NCBI GenBank assembly: GCA_034933245.1
Contig: JAYFNX010000009.1
Coordinates: 6,505-70,504 of the forward strand
Direction of reading: 5' to 3'
DNA: 64,000 bases
Source of the DNA: Candidatus Pelethousia sp.
Lineage (GTDB): Bacteria > Bacillota > Clostridia > Christensenellales > CAG-138
The position numbers were made by a program, and so were the translations under genes. This document shows, piece by piece, positions 59,975 through 64,000 of the stretch. The notes below the pieces were generated by a model, which was not told the origin of the DNA, did not search any database, and saw only the letters and a list, made by a program, of their open reading frames with translations. Positions within the stretch are counted from its first letter, which is position 1. Every line of letters begins with the position of its first letter.

Positions 59975-60087
59975 AGGTAATAAGGAAACGCTTTTGATAA
60001 ATCTATCAGCCTGAATAGAAAACAGCTTAGAAATGATTTCTGGCCAGCTATAAATCATCTAGGGGTTAGGGCTGTAGAAATGGGTAT

Positions 60088-60109
60088 CCGGAGGTACGGA
60101 GGTATTTTT
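60088..60109. repeat. 22-bp direct repeat copy 1 (CCGGAGGTACGGAGGTATTTTT)
   Basis: Read directly. An identical copy lies at 60300-60321. The repeat itself contains an internal GGAGGTA(C/T) doublet. Confidence 0.9.
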
Positions 60110-60147
60110 ATAGAAAACTTAGAAGATTAACCGTGAGGAATAAATAT

Positions 60148-60182
60148 GTGCTTAGGGCTTAACGCTTCGCTGCCCTAAGCAC
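60148..60182 (+). terminator. 11-bp perfect hairpin followed by a T-rich tract (probable int terminator)
   Basis: GTGCTTAGGGC-(13 nt)-GCCCTAAGCAC, then TTGTTTAAATATT. Confidence 0.55.
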
Positions 60183-60199
60183 TTGTTTAAATATTAAGG

Positions 60200-60255
60200 G
60201 GAGCGGGACTTTTAAAAATTCGTCTTGCGCCGAATTTAGTGAAAAGCCCCACTCC
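60200..60255 (+). other. nested stem structure (outer stem 12 of 14 bp, inner stem 6 bp) of unknown function
   Basis: GGAGCGGGACTTTT ... AAAAGCCCCACTCC encloses AATTCG-tcttgcgc-CGAATT. Confidence 0.5.
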
Positions 60256-60299
60256 AAATCCTGTTTTTATATTTTCCTGAGAAACTATATAGACTGTTA

Positions 60300-60321
60300 C
60301 CGGAGGTACGGAGGTATTTTT
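60300..60321. repeat. 22-bp direct repeat copy 2 (CCGGAGGTACGGAGGTATTTTT)
   Basis: Read directly. Confidence 0.9.
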
Positions 60322-60530
60322 CTTTAAAATATTTAAAAGTATACTATAGATACACAATAGATCATTGTTTTTTATAATCTAAATAATTAATAATAAAAAT
60401 ATGGGGAGAGGTTTGCGGTAAGAAATAGATTGCGCTATCTGGTGGAAAGATAAATGATACTCTCGCGCCGAGTGAGCCTGAAAACAATGGCGCACAAAAA
60501 AACGGATTGATAGTAGGGGCTTCACTTGAA

Positions 60531-60734
60531 ATGCCTTTTGACGATGATGATCCTTTAAATGAATGCAATATTCCCGAAAAGGAAACTCTCAATTATCGCA
60601 ATTATCGCACCACGTATCAGAGAGTATCAAACTTGCCAGATATAACAATCAATGTTGATATGAGCGACTGGTCGGATGAAAAAATGAGGACTTTCTTTAA
60701 GTATGCCTATGGCCAGTTTGAGGGAGAGCAATGA
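60531..60734 (+). CDS. small acidic protein (67 aa from ATG 60531; the ORF track starts at TTG 60507); candidate antitoxin or modulator
   Basis: MPFDDDDPLNECNIPEKETLNYRNYRTTYQRVSNLPDITINVDMSDWSDEKMRTFFKYAYGQFEGEQ. Its stop lies 6 nt before the next ATG. I recognise no family. Confidence 0.5.
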   Translation: MPFDDDDPLNECNIPEKETLNYRNYRTTYQRVSNLPDITINVDMSDWSDEKMRTFFKYAYGQFEGEQ

Positions 60735-60740
60735 TATATT

Positions 60741-61715
60741 ATGACAAAAAGACTTCCAAGCCATAATGTCCCACTTCCTCTTGTCGCTGATGTTGTATGC
60801 TATGTAAACAATAAGGGCTCCTCAAGGATTGAAGAACTAAGGGCTTTCACAAACAAAAGTGACGCATATATCAGGAGCTGTTTGGCAATATGTAAGTTAC
60901 TAGATATTATTCACGAAGATGGGACTGTATCCTCTTTCGTAAACGAATTAGGAAAAACTCCAAATGAAGCCTTAAAACTAAACGTGTTAAGAAAGCTTAT
61001 ACAGGAGTTTGAGCCATTCATTATATTCATCCAGTATCATTTGAATGGTGAATCTCTCGAAGATTCGGCACGCAAAGTATATACAGCCTTCAAATTCGAG
61101 GGAAAAGATTATCTGTTTCTAAAAGACTTGTTTTTGGCATGGGGAATGACCACCGATATTTTTTCACCGGCCCCTGACAGCTTTGTTCTAGAAACGGATA
61201 TCCAAGAAAGAATATCTATTATCAATTCATTTGCCTTTAACCTTGATGATGACATGGCAATAAGGATGTACATTGGAAATAGTCTAGGTGCTGATGTTTT
61301 TTCATCATTATTGCCTGCCGAATTAGCAGAACTAGTAGATGCGTATAAAAAATGTGAGACTGACGCTAGAGGAGCAATCGAGTGTACAGGCCGAGCCTTT
61401 GAGGATTTTCTACGTAGGATTTCTTTATCAGTCAATATTGATGCTAGTGGCAAAAATGGTATTGGGCAAATTGTTAATGCTCTTTACAACCACAAAAATG
61501 CAGCGGGAATATTGGATAATAAAATACATAGCAAACAGTCAAGCATAGGTTCTGCTATTGCGGACATCCGCAATATGGCTGGACATAGCCTAGAGGCTCG
61601 CACATTAGAGAGGTGGGACTTGACATCACATAGCGCCAAAATGTACGCGGAGTTAGTGCTATCAACAATCAAAAGTATAAGTAACTACGTGCAACATTCA
61701 AATCATACTTTTTGA
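60741..61715 (+). CDS. winged-helix-like N-terminal region fused to a C-terminal HEPN (Abi_C/DUF4145-like) domain
   Basis: ORF track, 324 aa. The C-terminal helical domain carries the Rx4H motif in SAIADIRNMAGHSLEA, preceded by ARGAIECTGRAFEDFLRRI. The N-terminus has wHTH-like segments (SSRIEELRAFTNKSDAYIRSCLAICKLLDII). Confidence 0.6.
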   Translation: MTKRLPSHNVPLPLVADVVCYVNNKGSSRIEELRAFTNKSDAYIRSCLAICKLLDIIHEDGTVSSFVNELGKTPNEALKLNVLRKLIQEFEPFIIFIQYHLNGESLEDSARKVYTAFKFEGKDYLFLKDLFLAWGMTTDIFSPAPDSFVLETDIQERISIINSFAFNLDDDMAIRMYIGNSLGADVFSSLLPAELAELVDAYKKCETDARGAIECTGRAFEDFLRRISLSVNIDASGKNGIGQIVNALYNHKNAAGILDNKIHSKQSSIGSAIADIRNMAGHSLEARTLERWDLTSHSAKMYAELVLSTIKSISNYVQHSNHTF

Positions 61716-61722
61716 GTCTGCA

Positions 61723-61746
61723 AGGGGCGGAGAAAACTCCGCCCCT
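61723..61746 (+). terminator. terminator hairpin after the HEPN gene
   Basis: AGGGGCGGAG-aaaa-CTCCGCCCCT, followed by CCCCCTTTACTTTC (a weak U-tail). Confidence 0.55.
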
Positions 61747-61905
61747 CCCCCTTTACTTTCTCCCCTCCCTCCAGTATGATAAAGTTGTGTAACGAAACGA
61801 ACAAACGTTTCTTGCATTGGCAGAAACCCTCATCGCCAACAACTGAAAATCTATTGGAGCGAACCGAAAAAACCTGATAACTACAGGACTTTATGGATGC
61901 GGAGA

Positions 61906-61982
61906 TGGAATTGGCAGACGTGACGGACTCAAAATCCGTTGCCAGCGATGGCGTGTGGGTTCGAGTCCCACCACCGGCACCA
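61906..61982 (+). pseudogene. 5'-truncated, diverged tRNA-Leu(CAA) copy (attR side)
   Basis: Matches the tRNA from the D-arm to CCA, with compensatory changes in the D stem (ATG/CGT versus TTG/CGA), the anticodon stem, and the variable arm (GCCAGCGATGGC versus GGTAGCGATACC). The 5' acceptor strand GCCGGTG is absent. Confidence 0.8.
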
Positions 61983-62066
61983 AACACATATAATCCGAAC
62001 CACTTACGACAGGTTGCACTTGTTGGCGAAGGGTTCGGATTTGTGTTATACTTAGGTTAATTATTT

Positions 62067-62100
62067 AGAGGGCAAGCAATCGGCTTGTCCTCTTATGTTT
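62067..62100 (+). terminator. hairpin plus T-tract downstream of the displaced tRNA 3' end (probable native tRNA-Leu terminator)
   Basis: GAGGGCAAGC-aatcg-GCTTGTCCTC (one G-T pair), followed by TTATGTTTTGTGT. Confidence 0.5.
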
Positions 62101-62152
62101 TGTGTCGTATAATATTAATGGTAATTATTTGTTTTGCAATGGAGGTGCAGGC

Positions 62153-63031
62153 ATGGCTAAGAAGTTTAATGCTTCACAATTCAAGAGCCAAATGCGGCAA
62201 GCTCAAAACAAGGTAAACCAAGAAGTAAGAAAGCTCAACAACGAAATTAACAAATATAATCGAGAAGTTAAATCAGCAGTTAATAAGTATAATCAAGAAG
62301 TGCGCCGCTATAATTCACAGGTTCGTCAAAATCGAGCTCGTATAGAAAGAGAACTCCGTAAGCTATCGTCACAGCCAGCTTTTCGTGTTACAACAACATA
62401 CACAACATCTGTAAGAACCTTAAATACCACTTATGGACAAGTCGCATCGTATTATGATACGTTGGACTATCCAAGCGAATTTGAAGACCGCTTTTATTCT
62501 GACATAGAACAGGAAAACGCCAATAGTCTTGAAACAGCAAACGCGATAGTCAACGACGCCCCCTCAGAAGCACCTGCGGCATCCCTTCAAGACAGCATTA
62601 TTATTGAACAATTGGCACATATTTCTATTGACTTAGATAATCGTTGGCGTGGCGCACTGTTTTCTCTGAACCCATCAAACCCAGATGCGACCAGGCATTT
62701 TTGCACAAGTGCCAGAGAGATATTTACTGAAATATTTAACGCTAAAGCTCCAGATGAATTAGTTTTTTCAAAATATCCGAATTGTGAGAAAACGCCTAAC
62801 GGTAACGCCACACGTCGTTCTAAAATCAATTATTTTCTTGGAAAAAAGGGAATCTCAAACCCTAATGCGGAAAATTTTGTAGAAGAGGACATCACGAATA
62901 TATTGGAATTGTTCCATGTTTTGAGTGATGGTACACATGGAGAAGCAGGCCGATATAGCTTCGATAAGCTCTATGCAGTGAAGAAACGTGTTGAAGATGG
63001 CTTGATTTTCTTATGTAATATTGCCAGCTAA
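62153..63031 (+). CDS. protein with an 11-residue-repeat coiled coil at the N-terminus and an alpha-helical C-terminal domain of unknown function; candidate stand-alone defence or abortive-infection effector
   Basis: ORF 62102..63031, ATG 62153 behind GGAGG. Repeats VNQEVRKLNNE/INKYNREVKSA/VNKYNQEVRRY/NSQVRQNRARI. C-terminal region ...NPDATRHFCTSAREIFTEIF...ATRRSKINYFL...LFHVLSDGTHGEAG... AT-rich. Confidence 0.55.
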   Translation: MAKKFNASQFKSQMRQAQNKVNQEVRKLNNEINKYNREVKSAVNKYNQEVRRYNSQVRQNRARIERELRKLSSQPAFRVTTTYTTSVRTLNTTYGQVASYYDTLDYPSEFEDRFYSDIEQENANSLETANAIVNDAPSEAPAASLQDSIIIEQLAHISIDLDNRWRGALFSLNPSNPDATRHFCTSAREIFTEIFNAKAPDELVFSKYPNCEKTPNGNATRRSKINYFLGKKGISNPNAENFVEEDITNILELFHVLSDGTHGEAGRYSFDKLYAVKKRVEDGLIFLCNIAS

Positions 63032-63058
63032 TTTAATAAGCTGTATGACTAACGGTCT

Positions 63059-63974
63059 TGTCTAACATCGTGCACAACTAAGATTCATATCTAACAAACA
63101 GGCATAAATTCAAGCACGGTATCCAGCGGTCGTTTGCCGCGTTTTCGGAGCCTCTTTGGGGCCGTTCCGTATTGTAGTGGACAAGCCAAAGATCCAGGTC
63201 TTCCTGGAGATCGTCCACGCTTTCATCGAAGTTTTCACGGAAAGCAATGCGGAAAAACTAATCCAGCACAGTCTTGCGGAAGTGTTCAATGAAGCCGTTG
63301 GTTTTGGGGGATTTGACCTTTGTCCGCCGATGCTCCATGTCGTTGCGGGCAAGGTACAGCTCGAACGGATGGTTCTTCGTTCCGCAGAACTCCCGGCCAT
63401 TATCGGTCAAAACAGCACCGACGGATAGCCCGTGTTCCAGATAAAGAGGAAATACGTCATGATAAACCAGTGCAGCGGCGCACTCCGGCTTTTTGCCGGG
63501 AGGAAGGAAGCCAAAGGCGTAGGAGCCGTACGTATCCGCCCCGGCATGCAGATAAACCTTCCCGACCCCTTTCAAGTTGCCGACAAACATCATGTCCTGG
63601 CACAACAATTCACCGGGCATTGACGATTCCACGTACCGTTCCTTGAAGCAGGGTTGTGTTTTTCGATCTTTGCCACCTGCCCGGCTGTCAGCTCGACACC
63701 TGTTTCTTGATGGCGTTCTTCGACCTTGGCCAGCGATCATAGGCGCTGGCCATTTCGTTACGGATGAGGATCTTTTGTACCATAGGGAATCTGATGGAAG
63801 CTTGCCCTGTCCATGCCCCGGCGGCATGCTTCAGGGATGTTTCCCAGGGTTTCGGCCATTTCCAGCACGCTCAGCCGATGCTTTTCCACCTTCGCAGTCG
63901 GATCTTTTCTACACGCTTTCCTGTCATTTTTATTTCCGCCAACATCAATATAGCATCTGATCTGATGTTAGACT
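63059..63974 (-). mobile_element. decayed IS481-family insertion sequence
   Basis: 10-bp terminal inverted repeats GTCTAACATC (63060-63069) and GATGTTAGAC (63964-63973) bracket a broken DDE transposase gene. Confidence 0.7.
63078..63927 (-). pseudogene. IS481-family DDE transposase pseudogene (frameshifts, internal deletion, in-frame TAG at 63258-63260)
   Basis: ORF 63258..63827 contains ...PGELLCQDMMFVGNLKGVGKVYLHAGADTYGSYAFGFL...TDNGREFCG...KTNGFIEHFRKTVLD*, continuing FFRIAFRENFDESVDDLQEDLDLWLVHYNTERP. The N-terminal HTH (HRLSVLEMAETLGNIPEACRR) is in another frame. Confidence 0.8.
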
Positions 63975-64000
63975 AGCGGCAGCAGAGATAATCTTTGCCG

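Larger units (their letters stand above)
58878..61984 (+). mobile_element. roughly 3.1-kb tRNA-Leu-targeting integrative element (int, noncoding region and two cargo genes) bounded by 32-bp perfect direct repeats
   Basis: The 32-bp repeat GTGTGGGTTCGAGTCCCACCACCGGCACCAAA occurs at 58878-58909 (3' end of the tRNA) and at 61953-61984. The integrase lies next to the tRNA, and the interior is visibly AT-rich. Confidence 0.8.

Noticed and set aside
60088-60321. A CRISPR array, a type III toxin-antitoxin repeat RNA, or a retron msr/msd in the island's noncoding region.
   Set aside because: There are only two repeat copies, 212 bp apart, so this is not a CRISPR array and not the tandem 30-40-nt repeats of ToxI-like antitoxins. 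No reverse transcriptase gene is present in the element, which excludes a retron. It is kept only as an unexplained structured region.
61894-61982. A second functional tRNA-Leu gene.
   Set aside because: The 3' acceptor strand CACCGGC has no complementary 5' strand, because the upstream sequence GATGCGG mispairs at four of seven positions. The copy is a 5'-truncated remnant produced by integration, not a working tRNA.

Overview
This 64-kb window comes from a moderately GC-rich Bacillota chromosome. Gene order and protein sequences point to a Clostridia-type organism. (1) Positions 2.5-18.1 kb, minus strand: a complete S10-spc-alpha ribosomal-protein supercluster (rpsJ to rplQ, including secY, adk, map, a KOW protein, infA and rpmJ). 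Its one anomaly is an in-frame TAG inside rpoA. (2) 18.4-23.1 kb: a lipoprotein gene, prfB with its canonical CUU UGA C +1 frameshift site, and secA. (3) 23.3-37.4 kb: housekeeping and accessory genes. These are a DMT transporter, a DUF218 protein, type III glutamine synthetase, gdhA, a GntR-ABC-2 operon, an orphan transketolase C-terminal domain, tadA, lpdA, a D-aminoacylase, and a DUF2975/HTH/DUF4153 trio. (4) 37.5-49.1 kb, minus strand: a sugar-utilisation locus. It holds a PfkB kinase, a D-lyxose/D-mannose isomerase, an FGGY kinase and an ABC importer whose binding protein is an in-frame tandem duplication. It also holds a catalytically dead double-NBD ABC-ATPase paralog and a YesM/YesN-type two-component system. 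(5) 49.4-57.7 kb: a GIY-YIG/DUF2087 pair, T-box-controlled leuS, a PHP phosphatase, a NifU-like gene with a split permease, aroD and others. (6) 58.8-64.0 kb: the accessory hot spot. An intact tRNA-Leu(CAA) is followed by a roughly 3.1-kb AT-rich integrative element: a tyrosine integrase, a structured noncoding stretch with 22-bp direct repeats, and a two-gene module (small acidic protein plus a winged-helix/HEPN protein with an RNMAGH motif). The element ends at a 5'-truncated, diverged tRNA-Leu copy that acts as attR. Just beyond attR lie an AT-rich gene for a protein with an 11-residue-repeat coiled coil and an alpha-helical C-terminal domain, and then a decayed IS481-family element. I consider the integrase-borne acidic-protein/HEPN module and the neighbouring coiled-coil gene the best candidates for an undescribed defence or toxin system. 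No rRNA genes or CRISPR arrays were seen.
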